A program made the translations under genes and the position numbers. Positions 8,271 through 18,318 of a stretch of 64,000 nucleotides of DNA are shown one piece after another. Under the pieces are notes generated by a model. It saw nothing but the letters and a program-made list of their open reading frames with translations. It was not told the origin of the DNA and did no database searches. Source of the DNA: an uncultured delta proteobacterium (GTDB taxonomy: Bacteria > Myxococcota_A > Polyangia > Polyangiales > Houyiibacteriaceae); contig CAVOVB010000005.1 of NCBI GenBank assembly GCA_963699755.1, positions 128,001-192,000 on the forward strand. Reading direction: 5' to 3'. Position 1 is the stretch's first letter; each line of letters starts with the position of its first letter.

Positions 8271-9761
8271 TCATTCCCCTTCGAAGCCGGTGAGTTTCAA
8301 GCCGGACTGTTTGACGAGTCGCTGCTCGCGTTCGAGGTCTGCGCGCGCGAGCGGGTGAGCGGCGAGCCACTCTTCGTTGAACGTGAGCGCGAGCTCGTTG
8401 CCGTCTGCGCTGAGGTGCGGAAGCGAGACGAGATCTGGATCGCGGTTGCGATTGATCAGAACCGCGAGGCGAAGCAAGGCGCAGAGGCGCATCGCGGTCA
8501 TGCGAAGCTCGAGCGGCAGCGCCTCGAAAAAAGACTCGTCGAACTTCCGTCGGTGCCCACGAATCAGGGCGGCGACCAAGGCCTGCTCGTCGCGCGAGAA
8601 ACCCGGCAAATCGGATGAGGCGACGAGATAGGCGCCGTGCTTGTGATGCCCGGTGTAGTTCACTGCGAGGCCGATCTCATGAAGCTGAGCCGCCCAGCCA
8701 AGCGCGTGCGCGGCGTCGACAGATTGAAGCTCCCAGTCTTGCGCGACCTGGCCCAGCAGACCGAGGGCAGTGGCTCGAACGCGGTCGGCGTGCACCTGGT
8801 CGATCGAATATCGCTGGGCCAACATCGCGATCGTTCGATCGCGTGGATCCTCGTCGTGAATGCGCCCCAGCATGTCGTAGAGGAGGCCCTCGCGGAGAGC
8901 GGTCGGAGACACCCACATCTCGTCGATGCCGAGCTGGTCGAAGACGGTGCTGAGGATCGCGACCCCCCCTGCGAAAACCTGTCGACGGTCGGCGTCGAGC
9001 GCTGGGAGCTCGAGCTTCTCGAGCCGGCCAGCCGTCACCATCGCCTGCTCCAGCTTGCCGAGCCCTTCGGCGGTGATGGTACCATGCGCCCAGCCCGCTT
9101 CGTCGAGAATGGCCGCGACCGAGCGAATCGTCCCCGAGGCACCGTAGGCGCGCTCCCATCCTGCGGTGCGAAGCCGCATTTCGACTGGCTGAAGCTCGAG
9201 GCCAGCGGCGAGCTTGGCCTTGTTCATGCGCTTGCGGCTGATCTTGCCATCGTCGAAGAACTGCTTGGTGAAGCCAACGCAGCCCATGTACATGCTGTGC
9301 ACCGCCACCGGTTCGAAGGCATCGCCGATGATGAACTCGGTGCTACCGCCACCGATGTCCACGACGAGCCGTCGCGCCGGGGCGCCTGCGATGCCATGGG
9401 AGACACCGAGGTAGATCAGACGCGCTTCTTCGCGGCCGGGGATGACTTCGATTTGATGCCCGAGAGCCTCACTCGCCTGCTGCAAGAGCTGGCGGGAGTT
9501 GCGCGCCTTGCGGAGGGTGTTCGTCCCAACCGCCCTCACCTGCTCTGCCCCGAAGTCACGAAGCCTCTGCCCAAATAGCGTGAGGCACTTGAGCGCGCGG
9601 GCTTGCGACTCCTCGTCGAGCGAGCCGTCTTCTTGGAGGCCTGCCGCCAGGTGCACCGGCTCGCGAATGCGATCGACGATTTGAACGCCGCCATGATCGA
9701 CGCGGGCAATCACCATGTGAAAGCTGTTCGACCCCAGGTCTACTGCAGCGAGTGACTCCAT
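8271..9761 (-). CDS. ppx: Exopolyphosphatase Ppx/GppA
   Basis: AVDLGSNSFH, GREEARL, DIGGGSTE, LREGLL and LHEIG (HD-like C-terminal domain). Confidence 0.95.
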   Translation of the reverse strand: MESLAAVDLGSNSFHMVIARVDHGGVQIVDRIREPVHLAAGLQEDGSLDEESQARALKCLTLFGQRLRDFGAEQVRAVGTNTLRKARNSRQLLQQASEALGHQIEVIPGREEARLIYLGVSHGIAGAPARRLVVDIGGGSTEFIIGDAFEPVAVHSMYMGCVGFTKQFFDDGKISRKRMNKAKLAAGLELQPVEMRLRTAGWERAYGASGTIRSVAAILDEAGWAHGTITAEGLGKLEQAMVTAGRLEKLELPALDADRRQVFAGGVAILSTVFDQLGIDEMWVSPTALREGLLYDMLGRIHDEDPRDRTIAMLAQRYSIDQVHADRVRATALGLLGQVAQDWELQSVDAAHALGWAAQLHEIGLAVNYTGHHKHGAYLVASSDLPGFSRDEQALVAALIRGHRRKFDESFFEALPLELRMTAMRLCALLRLAVLINRNRDPDLVSLPHLSADGNELALTFNEEWLAAHPLARADLEREQRLVKQSGLKLTGFEGE

Positions 9762-9926
9762 CCGCCCCTGGAACGCACTTTAGCCTAGTTTGCCGCCGAG
9801 GCCGCTGATTCTCTTCACGGTCTGAATGGGGCCCGACGCGCGTGAACGCCGAATCCCAGCCTGGTCCTACTTCGTCGCGATTCGGACTGCCGGCTCGCCT
9901 GCGGCCCCTCGAAACCCGGCAACCAG

Positions 9927-12899
9927 CTAGCGCTCGATGTAGCCGATCGCTTCTAGGTGGGCGGCTACGTCCTCGTCGAGCTCCACGGAGTCGGCGACGA
10001 CCGCTGCTTCCCGGGCTACTGCGCGCTGCTCGAGCAGCGACTTGGTCGCCACGCGGACCTGGTCCGGAGAGGACTCCGCTAGATTCTCTTGCTCGTCGGG
10101 ATCGAGATCGACGCGGTAGAGCTCGATTGGGGCGAGGCCGCGCGGGTTGTCACGGTTCGCCGTGATCAGCTTGTACTCATCGGTGCCCGCGAGCTCGCGC
10201 ACCGACTCGAGGACATTGCCCTCGTGGCTCTCTTCGGCATACACGACGTCGGTGCCCATGAAGAGGTCGCCACCCTGGACGCCATCGGGAACGGGCTTGT
10301 CGAAGAGCGTCAGAACAGTGGGCATCAAGTCGATGCTCTGCACCCAGTGACGAACCACAGTTCCGCCCCGCCGGCTCTGCGGGAGCTTCACCAGCAGAGG
10401 CACGCGCACCTGCTCATCGTAGAGCGTGGTGCCGTGCCAGAAGCCCCCGTGCTCGTTGAACTCCTCGCCGTGATCGCTGGTCACGATGATCGTGAGCTCG
10501 TCGTAGAGCTCGCGCGTTCGGAGCCCATCGAGGAGCTTGCCGAGCTCGGCGTCCCAGTAGCTGATCTCGCCGTCGTAGAGCGCGGCGAGCGCCGGAGCTT
10601 CTGAGGGGTCGGGATGTTGATGCGCGGCACGTGCATAGCCGCTGCCATCGTAGGGGTGGGCAAAGTAGGGGTCGTGCGGGTCCATGTACCCGACGAAGAG
10701 AAACCACGGAGCCGTGGACTGCCGGTCGATCCACGACGTGAGCGCCGCGTTGACGGTTCCGGCGTCCTGGTAGGCAGTGCCCGCAAGCACTTCTCCTTGC
10801 ATCGCCCGCATCTTCTCGACGCGCTGACGAATGAACTGCATCAGCAGGAGCTTGGCGCTGGCATCGTCCGCGCCGAGCACGAACTCCGGCTCGAGATAAA
10901 CGTACTCGTCGAAGCCCTGGTGGAAGTTGAAGTAGGGCGCGACGTTGAAATTGGTCACGTAGCCGGCTGTCGCGTAGCCCGCGGCCTTCAAGGCTTCCGG
11001 CAATGTGGTGACTGCGTCGGGTAGCGCATCGCTCTTGGACATGACGCCGTGACTCGACGGGAGTCGACCGGTCAGAATCGACGCGAAGCTCGGGCGCGTC
11101 CAGCTCGAGTTGGTGAAGGCTTGGTCGAAGCGAATCGCGTCCTCGGCGAGGCGTTCGAGATTGGGCGTGCTGCCAGCCTCATACCCGTAAAGGGACAGGT
11201 GATCGGCACGCAAGGTGTCGACCACGATGAAGAGCACGTTGCCGGCCTGAGCGTTGGCTGCCACGCCGTCATTCGAGGGGCGCCGGCCGGAGATGCGATC
11301 ACCGAACGCGAGGTTGCCGGCAAGTGCGAGCCCGAGGACAGCCAACAAGGCGATCGCCGTCGAGGCATGAAGCACGCGCCCAAACGGCCGTCGCTTTGCG
11401 AGCGTCCACAGGCCCCGGGCAATCAACGCGCTGACGCCGGCTGCCACCAGCGCACAAGCCATGAGGACCGCGAGCCCGATGGCGCTCTTCCAGACCAGCT
11501 CCTCGTGGAAGAGGTCGCGACGAATGCGAAACGCCCCGAGCGCGAACGCAAACATGCCGAAGATCGCAGCTGCAAAGTAGCCGAAGGCGTCTCTTTCATG
11601 AAGCGCGTAGCGTTTCATCCAGCGCCCGCTCAGCGCCGTCGCGAAACCGAGACCTGCACCGAAGGCGCCGCAAAAGAGCCCGTAGGCGAGCGGACCGTAG
11701 AGAAAGACACGGACCCCGGTCGCCCCTGCAGACGACAGCGCGATGACGCTTGCTTCGCCCAGGCCAACCAGAACGCCTCCCATGACCCCAGCGGTGAACC
11801 CGACCACGAGCCCGCGCAGCGGATGCGGTCGCGCCGACGGCGGTGCATGCGGGATGGCCTGACTCACGAGGTCCTCGCGTTCGGGATCCTCGACGCGAAT
11901 CTCTGGACTGTATCCGGACTTTCGCAGAAGGAAGATCACACCGCCGAAGGCCGAGACGAACATCTCGCAGGCAAAGCCGAGGGTGGGAATGAGGACCGCG
12001 ACCGCTAGCGGCAGTCCGACAGCAGGTGACGTGTAGAGCGCGACCGCTGCGGCCTCTCGAAGCCCGATCCCGTTGATCGATGCGGGGATGAGCGTTGCTA
12101 GGATCTGCAAAGAAGATGCGAAGAAGACTTCGCCGATGCCAAGCTCGACGCCCAGCGCGCGCGCCGCGCAGACGTAGATGAGATTGTTGAACGCGTGCGT
12201 CCCAACGCCGAGCGTGGCGGCTTGAATCAGGAGGCCAGCCTTGCCCCGGTAGGCCCCGACCGCGTCGATCAGGGTTTGAACGCGCGCGCGAATCCCGTCT
12301 GGAACGAAACGCGTGAAGAAGAGGAAGAGCTGCGGCTGGGCGAGGAAGGCAATGCCGACGACGATGATCGCGAGAAAGACCGCGTTCACCAGGATCACGC
12401 CGTCGGTGCCGATGAAGCGCATCCCGAAGATGCTGCCGATCATGACGACCACGCCGAAGGCGAGTTGACCGAGAATCATCTCGACGCCGATCGTCGCGGT
12501 CGCGCGGGCGGCCTTGCCGGTGTGCTTGGCGACGTCGTAGATGCGCCAGCCCCCAAAACCGGTGAAGCCTCCCGGCGTGAATGCACCCCAGAAGCGGGCG
12601 ATCATGATCGAGCCACCGAGGAAGCCCCATTTGGCGAAAATCCCCTGGCCCACCAGGAGGCGCTGCCAGCGCACGGTGCTGAAGGCGATCGCGATCAGCT
12701 GCATGAGCACCGCGGCCGCGACCCAGCCCCAGCTCAGGTCGTTCAGATGTTCGAAGAGCTCCCCCGCACCATCCCGGCGGAGCACCTTCTGAAAGATGAA
12801 CACCAGCATGCCGACGGAGAACACCAGCTTCAAAACGAAGAAGGTGATTCGTTTTGGATTTCCGCTCACATCCCCTGCGGGCTGAGGTAACTGGTACAC
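9927..12899 (-). CDS. Fusion of a lysylphosphatidylglycerol-synthase TM (UPF0104 flippase-like) domain, further TM helices and a sulfatase-like domain
   Basis: N-terminal RWQRLL...P.SINGIGLRE; C-terminal VVDTLRADHL, SSWTRPS, YMDPHDPY and TSDHGE. The true start may be ~10 codons downstream (GTG, MSGNPKR). Confidence 0.85.
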   Translation of the reverse strand: MYQLPQPAGDVSGNPKRITFFVLKLVFSVGMLVFIFQKVLRRDGAGELFEHLNDLSWGWVAAAVLMQLIAIAFSTVRWQRLLVGQGIFAKWGFLGGSIMIARFWGAFTPGGFTGFGGWRIYDVAKHTGKAARATATIGVEMILGQLAFGVVVMIGSIFGMRFIGTDGVILVNAVFLAIIVVGIAFLAQPQLFLFFTRFVPDGIRARVQTLIDAVGAYRGKAGLLIQAATLGVGTHAFNNLIYVCAARALGVELGIGEVFFASSLQILATLIPASINGIGLREAAAVALYTSPAVGLPLAVAVLIPTLGFACEMFVSAFGGVIFLLRKSGYSPEIRVEDPEREDLVSQAIPHAPPSARPHPLRGLVVGFTAGVMGGVLVGLGEASVIALSSAGATGVRVFLYGPLAYGLFCGAFGAGLGFATALSGRWMKRYALHERDAFGYFAAAIFGMFAFALGAFRIRRDLFHEELVWKSAIGLAVLMACALVAAGVSALIARGLWTLAKRRPFGRVLHASTAIALLAVLGLALAGNLAFGDRISGRRPSNDGVAANAQAGNVLFIVVDTLRADHLSLYGYEAGSTPNLERLAEDAIRFDQAFTNSSWTRPSFASILTGRLPSSHGVMSKSDALPDAVTTLPEALKAAGYATAGYVTNFNVAPYFNFHQGFDEYVYLEPEFVLGADDASAKLLLMQFIRQRVEKMRAMQGEVLAGTAYQDAGTVNAALTSWIDRQSTAPWFLFVGYMDPHDPYFAHPYDGSGYARAAHQHPDPSEAPALAALYDGEISYWDAELGKLLDGLRTRELYDELTIIVTSDHGEEFNEHGGFWHGTTLYDEQVRVPLLVKLPQSRRGGTVVRHWVQSIDLMPTVLTLFDKPVPDGVQGGDLFMGTDVVYAEESHEGNVLESVRELAGTDEYKLITANRDNPRGLAPIELYRVDLDPDEQENLAESSPDQVRVATKSLLEQRAVAREAAVVADSVELDEDVAAHLEAIGYIER

Positions 12900-12981
12900 G
12901 CTAAAGGGTCAAATTGCCTACGCGGGGCGGGGGTTTTGGCGCTTGGTTGCGCGGAGCTTCGCCGGTTGGTAGCGACGCCAG

Positions 12982-14333
12982 ATGCGACATCAAGCGATGA
13001 CTCGATTTGGGATTTGGGCTCTGTTCTTCCTGCTGGCCTGTCAGGGGGGGAGAAATCGGCTCCGACGCAGGCACCTGCTGCGTCTGCGCAAGAGGCGAGC
13101 GCGGAAAAGGCAGCGAAGCTAGCGGAGGCCCCGAAGGAGCCGACGCCGACAGGCCGGCTCGGCGACTCGCTCCCAAACGGACTGCTGCTTTCGTATTCGC
13201 AGTTCCAGGTCGTCGATGGAAAGGCGACAGCCAAGCCGGGGCCGGCCCGGCTGGACATCCTGACCCGCGAAGGCGGAGAGTGGAAAAGCGAGACGGTCGA
13301 GGACGCGCAGAGCAACGTCTTCCACAAAGCGATGTTGCTAAGGCCGCGTGGGCAGGCGCCGGGCATCCTGACCCTCGGCGGCTCTGGCGCCTACGTGAAG
13401 CTTTGGCGGCGGACCAAGGGTAGGCTTCAGCCGAGCACCCTCTGGCAGGCGGAGTTCGGCGGGAAGTTCAACCGCATGCGCGATGCCGAGATCGCGGACC
13501 TCTATGGCGACGGAACCCCGGCGATCGCAGTTGCAACCCACGACCAAGGTGTCGTTGCGGTGCTGCGTCAGCAAGCGAACAAGTGGAAGGTCGAGCGGAT
13601 CGACGAGAAGAAGGACACCTTCGTTCATGAGATCGAGATCGGTGACCTCGACAAGGACGGTGTGCTCGAGGTCTACGCCACGCCGAGCGAGCCGAACAAG
13701 CTCGACGCCGAGGCGCAGCACGGCGAGGTGGTGCGCTACGTGCCCAAGCAGGGGAAAGGCCCGACCATCGTCGCAGACCTCGGGAAGCGGCACGCCAAGG
13801 AGATCTTCGTCGGCGACGTCGATGGGGACGGAACCGACGAGCTCTACGTAGCGGTCGAAGCGCTCACGACGGGAAGCGGCGGGAGCCTCGAGATCGTCGA
13901 GCCCGTGGAGATTCGCCGCTACGACGCGGACACGGCACCCGACGCCAAGGTGACCATCGCGACCATCCCCGATCGACTCTGCCGGTTCTTGACGGCAGGT
14001 GACGTCGATGGCGACGGAAAGAAAGAACTGGTTGCGGCATCGTTCAGCAAGGGCTTGTGGCTCCTACGGCCCGGTAAGGATCCAAAGTCCGACTGGGGGA
14101 TCGAAAGCATCGACCGCGATTCGGGCGGCTTCGAGCACGCTGCACTGCTGACCGACCTCGACGAAGACGGCACCGACGAGCTCTACGTCGCAGCCGACGC
14201 CCAAGGTGAGCTCCGCCGTTACACCTGGTTACGCGGCCGCCCAAAGCGCGAGGTCATCCTCAAGCGAGACATCCCCATGTCCCGAATGACCTGGAACATC
14301 ATGCCCGTTCCAGTCAGCGCACTCGGCCGCTAG
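12982..14333 (+). CDS. FG-GAP/VCBS-repeat lipoprotein, frameshifted at a G7 tract just after the lipobox
   Basis: Repeats DLYGDG, GDLDKDG, GDVDGDG (x2) and DLDEDG. The signal peptide MRHQAMTRFGIWALFFLLAC (ATG 12982/12997) is in a different frame from the mature protein, separated by G7 at 13044-13050. Confidence 0.75.
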
Positions 14334-14380
14334 GACTGGCGCGGGCGCTGACACTGCCGCTGACACTGCCGCTGCCGCCC

Positions 14381-14917
14381 CTACCCCTCGCGCAGCCGGG
14401 GAATCAACTCTGCGAAGTTGCAAGGCCGGAAGCGAATATCGAGCTGGTACCTGAGGATGTTTGTCCAGGCGTCTTTGCAGGCTCCCGTCGAACCGGGCAA
14501 CGCAAACAGATAGGTGCCTCGCGCAACGCCGGCGCAGGCGCGCGACTGAATCGTGGAGGTGCCGATCTGCTCGTAGCTCAGCATGCGGAAGAGCTCCCCA
14601 AAACCCGGGATCGGTTTCTCCCAGACCGATTCGAATACTTCGGGGGTCACATCGCGGGCGGTGACGCCGGTGCCGCCGGTCGCGAGGACGACCTCGATGT
14701 TGGGCTCGTTGACCCAGCGCCGGAGCTGAACTTCGATGCGCTTGCGATCGTCTGGGATGATGACCTTGTCCATCACCTGATGGCCGGCCTCGAGCGCGCT
14801 CTCGACGAGGTAGGCGCCCGACTTGTCGGTCGCTTCGGTACGTGTATCGGAGACCGTCATCACGGCGATGCGCAGCCCCTTGAACGGAATCGATTTGTCG
14901 AAGCGTGCTTCTCCCAT
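14381..14917 (-). CDS. moaB: Molybdenum cofactor biosynthesis protein B
   Basis: TVSDTR, DKSG, TGGTGVTARDVTPE, PGFGELFR, QSRA, LPGSTGAC and RPCNF motifs. Confidence 0.95.
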   Translation of the reverse strand: MGEARFDKSIPFKGLRIAVMTVSDTRTEATDKSGAYLVESALEAGHQVMDKVIIPDDRKRIEVQLRRWVNEPNIEVVLATGGTGVTARDVTPEVFESVWEKPIPGFGELFRMLSYEQIGTSTIQSRACAGVARGTYLFALPGSTGACKDAWTNILRYQLDIRFRPCNFAELIPRLREG

Positions 14918-14918
14918 C

Positions 14919-15338
14919 CTATTCCTCCAATGCCGTGCTCAGGGCGGTCGCCAGCTTGGCGCCCTCTCCGCGGTCGAGCTTCCCGGGCGCCCATTCGATG
15001 AGCAGCCCCTGATTGACGCTAGGCTTGGGAATGATGTGGAAGTGAACGTGGAACACCGCCTGGTGCGCCATCGGGCCGTTGTTTTGGAGGATGTTGAGCT
15101 GCTCGGCCCCGGTCACCGCCATGATCGCTCGACAAAGCCTTGGCAGCACGCGCCCAATGGCGGCGGCGGATTCATCCGAAAGCTGGTCGAGCGTGGCAAC
15201 CGCTTCCTTTGGGATCACCAGCGTATGTCCATAGCTCAGAGGGCCGATATCGAGAAACGCGAAGACGAGCTCATCCTCGTACACCTTGTGACAAGGGATG
15301 TCTCCGCGAAGAATCTTGGTGAAGATCGTGTCCGCCAT
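14919..15338 (-). CDS. HIT family nucleotide hydrolase
   Basis: Starts MADTIFTKILRGDIP; GHTLVIPK and HVHFHIIP histidine triad. Confidence 0.93.
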   Translation of the reverse strand: MADTIFTKILRGDIPCHKVYEDELVFAFLDIGPLSYGHTLVIPKEAVATLDQLSDESAAAIGRVLPRLCRAIMAVTGAEQLNILQNNGPMAHQAVFHVHFHIIPKPSVNQGLLIEWAPGKLDRGEGAKLATALSTALEE

Positions 15339-15454
15339 GTCGCGGAGCTTATACGCTTGAGGCGGAAGCGACCAGGTCACGCCGCGCACTGAAACGATGC
15401 TCCGCCCTGCGGTGCGCGGGGAGGGGGTGGCGGCGCGGGCTTTGCTGACCGTCG

Positions 15455-16705
15455 CTAGGGAGGCATCGACGTCACGCGCGATTGCCTGAGCCAGAACAAG
15501 CGGCTGGGCACTGGGGCGCGGGGCGCCTTCACCTGGCGCGCAGCCTCCAGCCAGTGGTCGATGTAGGTGCGGTGGTCGCGCCAGCATTGTTTCGGATCGG
15601 CAGCAGGCTGGAGACAGGCGTCTTGCAAATGCTCGCGATCGTCCGCGAATCGGACCCTACGGTCGTGGTAGCTCTCGAGGCAGGCGCGGTGGAGCCGTTC
15701 ATGGGCCCACCAGAGCTCTCTCGCGTCAAAGCGGGCGTCCGCGACGGCGCGCGGTGGCAGCAAATCCGGATCGAACGGAACAGGCTTGAAAACGCTCAGG
15801 CACGGCGAGGACGTCCCCGTGGCCCAGACCGTCGGGCCCGCGCCATCGAGGCGCGCGATGAGAGAGCTGGTGGTCTGAGCTGAGGTTCGGGTAGGCAGCC
15901 AAGAAGCGTGTGCGCAGGGCGACTCGCTGCGGAGCCCCTTCCCCGGCTCCAGTCCTCCGTGATCGCTGAGCGCCAAGATTAAGTCCCTGGCGCTGGGCTC
16001 TTGAAGGCCCGAAAGCGACCGGCCCGTGCAGGCGCGGCGAACGGGTGCCCCCGACATGAACGACATGAAGGGGTCCGAGAATGCGCCCGCAAAGCTGAAC
16101 GACCCGGCGGACTTCGACCAGCCGCGTTTGCGCGCGAGCTCGTAGGCCCCGCCGTGAACCCGGTCGAAGTCGGTTTCGATCGTCAGCGCGTTGGAGATCG
16201 TCGCGACCCCGCGAACCCGCTTCGCCGCCCAGTACTGCCCTGCGGTTTCGAACACCCACGCGCTCCTAGGGTCCGCGATCAAGAACGAGTTGTGATAGCG
16301 GAAGGAGCGGTGCCGATGTCCCATGGGCCCGCCTTGTGTGAAGCCCTCGGTAAGCTCGATCAGCTGCTCGAGCGCGTCGGCGGCGGTCTGGCAGGTCGTG
16401 AGCGCGACGCGTTGGAAGTCCATCCCGGTGTAACCGGTTCTTGGAACTGGCAAGCGAGTGAACACCGCCTCGTTGCCGATGGCTAGGCCGTGCTGATTGA
16501 CGCCCATCTCGCAGCCCCAGATCCAGGCAGGCCGACTGAGCAGAAGTCGCGCGCTGCCCGATGTGCCGGGCAGGCCCTTGGGCGCAGCGCCCCGGGCCGA
16601 ACCATCGTGACATTCGAGAAACTGTGCTTCGGTGGGCTCCCGATCGCTGTTCTTCGCGAACCAAACCGGCCCGATCTCGGGCACTACCACCATGGTGTCA
16701 CACAC
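15455..16705 (-). CDS. C69 family dipeptidase (secernin-like Ntn hydrolase)
   Basis: N-terminal MCDT nucleophile; FAKNSDRE, WGCEMGVNQHG.AIGNE and YHNSFLIAD. Confidence 0.9.
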   Translation of the reverse strand: MCDTMVVVPEIGPVWFAKNSDREPTEAQFLECHDGSARGAAPKGLPGTSGSARLLLSRPAWIWGCEMGVNQHGLAIGNEAVFTRLPVPRTGYTGMDFQRVALTTCQTAADALEQLIELTEGFTQGGPMGHRHRSFRYHNSFLIADPRSAWVFETAGQYWAAKRVRGVATISNALTIETDFDRVHGGAYELARKRGWSKSAGSFSFAGAFSDPFMSFMSGAPVRRACTGRSLSGLQEPSARDLILALSDHGGLEPGKGLRSESPCAHASWLPTRTSAQTTSSLIARLDGAGPTVWATGTSSPCLSVFKPVPFDPDLLPPRAVADARFDARELWWAHERLHRACLESYHDRRVRFADDREHLQDACLQPAADPKQCWRDHRTYIDHWLEAARQVKAPRAPVPSRLFWLRQSRVTSMPP

Positions 16706-16747
16706 GCCTCACCGTACCACGCTCGGCGAGGGGGGCTGACCCCATTT

Positions 16748-17518
16748 CTAATCGTCGTCGAAGCTGCCGTGGCGGCCTGCGCCTCGGCTGAATCGCGCGG
16801 CGCCGCTGGCGGTTTCGCCGCTCTCGATGGTGTCGACGCCGAGCCGCAGCTCGTTGCGCATGGCTTCTTTTTCACTCATGCCCCACTGCTCGATCGCCGA
16901 GCGACGGTCGCTGCGCATACAGCGCTGGGGATGACTTGCGATTTGATTCGCGAGCTCGATCGCAGTCTCGAGCGCCTTGCCCGTCGGCGCGACTCGGTTG
17001 GCGAGGCCCATCAGGGCGGCCTCCCCGGCGGGCACCGGGCGGCCGGTGAGAATCAGGTCCATCGCACGGCTGTGACCGATCAAGCGGGGCAAGCGAATCG
17101 TCCCGAGGTCGATGAGCGGCACCCCGAATCGACGACAAAACACGCCGAGCACCGCATCTTCGGCCACGACGCGAAGGTCGCACCAGAGTGCGAGCTCGAG
17201 GCCGCCTGCCACCGCGTGGCCTTCGATCGCGGCGATCACCGGCTTCACGAGCTGCATACGCGTCGGGCCCATCGGCCCGTCCACCTGCGGAGAGAAATCC
17301 CGCAGCTCGCCCCCGGCGACGGCTTTGAGGTCGGCGCCGGCACAGAAGGTGCCCCCGGCTCCGGTCAATACGGCCACCCGCGCTTGCTCATCCTCATCGA
17401 AGCGACGAAACGCGTCGGCGAGCGCCTCCGCCGTGGGCACGTCGACCGCGTTGCGCAGATCCGGCCGGTCGATCGTGACGACAGCGATCCTATCACGAAG
17501 CTCGTATCGAATGCTCAA
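16748..17518 (-). CDS. Enoyl-CoA hydratase/crotonase family protein
   Basis: FCAGADL, KPVIAAIEG.AVAGGLELALWCDLR and GVPLIDLGT.RLPRLIG. Confidence 0.93.
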   Translation of the reverse strand: MSIRYELRDRIAVVTIDRPDLRNAVDVPTAEALADAFRRFDEDEQARVAVLTGAGGTFCAGADLKAVAGGELRDFSPQVDGPMGPTRMQLVKPVIAAIEGHAVAGGLELALWCDLRVVAEDAVLGVFCRRFGVPLIDLGTIRLPRLIGHSRAMDLILTGRPVPAGEAALMGLANRVAPTGKALETAIELANQIASHPQRCMRSDRRSAIEQWGMSEKEAMRNELRLGVDTIESGETASGAARFSRGAGRHGSFDDD

Positions 17519-17521
17519 CGG

Positions 17522-18205
17522 TCAACTCCGAAGGTGATACTCAGTCGCGTAAAAGGTCTCTGTCTTCTTCATGTCGAGAAAGCCACGGATGTCGTTCGCA
17601 ACGCGCAGCATGTTGGGCACCATCTTCAGAGCGCCGCCGAAAAAGCAAGTGGGGTTCAACAGGTCTCTGCGCGTGCGGCATGCTTCGAGCACGATGCCAT
17701 CGGAAGGCTCGGACCCCTCGACCACTCGCTCCACAATCACGTTGCGCTGATAGTACCAAAGCGGATGAATCTCGAGCGAGAGCGGTGTGTGGCCATCGTG
17801 CCAGCGCCGGATGAACTCGTCGGTCGGGACGCCCGCCTTCTTCCGGAGCATCGTGAGAAGGATCGGCGACGGCGTCGGCTCACCGTCATGCCAGGCCCTC
17901 TCGTACGCGACCGGATAGGCCTCCTCGACTTGGTACCCGGACACCGAGCGCGCCGCATCGCAGAGCAGCTCGGTGAAGCGAGAGGGATCGCCCGCTTCGT
18001 CGTATACATTGAAGATCGCGATCGGCTGACTCTTGAAGGGAAACAACGAGAGCTTGGGCGGCGGCGCCTCGGTCACGGTCAGCTGCAGCTTCGAGGGCCC
18101 TAGAGCCAATAGGCTTTGGGCCAGCTCACCCCGGGCGCGGGCTGCCCAGGCGCCATGGCTCTCCCCGTTGCCCCGCACGACGTAGATCCATTTCCGAGCG
18201 GTCAT
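17522..18205 (-). CDS. EthD-domain protein
   Basis: LRKKAGVPTDEFIRRWHDGHTPL...YQRNV is an EthD-like pattern. Confidence 0.7.
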   Translation of the reverse strand: MTARKWIYVVRGNGESHGAWAARARGELAQSLLALGPSKLQLTVTEAPPPKLSLFPFKSQPIAIFNVYDEAGDPSRFTELLCDAARSVSGYQVEEAYPVAYERAWHDGEPTPSPILLTMLRKKAGVPTDEFIRRWHDGHTPLSLEIHPLWYYQRNVIVERVVEGSEPSDGIVLEACRTRRDLLNPTCFFGGALKMVPNMLRVANDIRGFLDMKKTETFYATEYHLRS

Positions 18206-18318
18206 CAGGCGCTTTTAGTCTCGGGGCCGCGCTGCGGCAATCCTTTACGCCTTTAGGATGGTCAAACCCGGACTTGAGCCAGAAGCCGCCAGCAACTACC
18301 TTCGGCGCCGGAGGTTGC

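Noticed and set aside
14346..14373. 12-bp tandem repeat cgctgacactgc x2 between convergent genes
   Set aside because: Only about 2.4 copies and no evident function.
16490..18103. 537-aa plus-strand ORF
   Set aside because: Antisense to the well-supported crotonase, EthD and peptidase genes.
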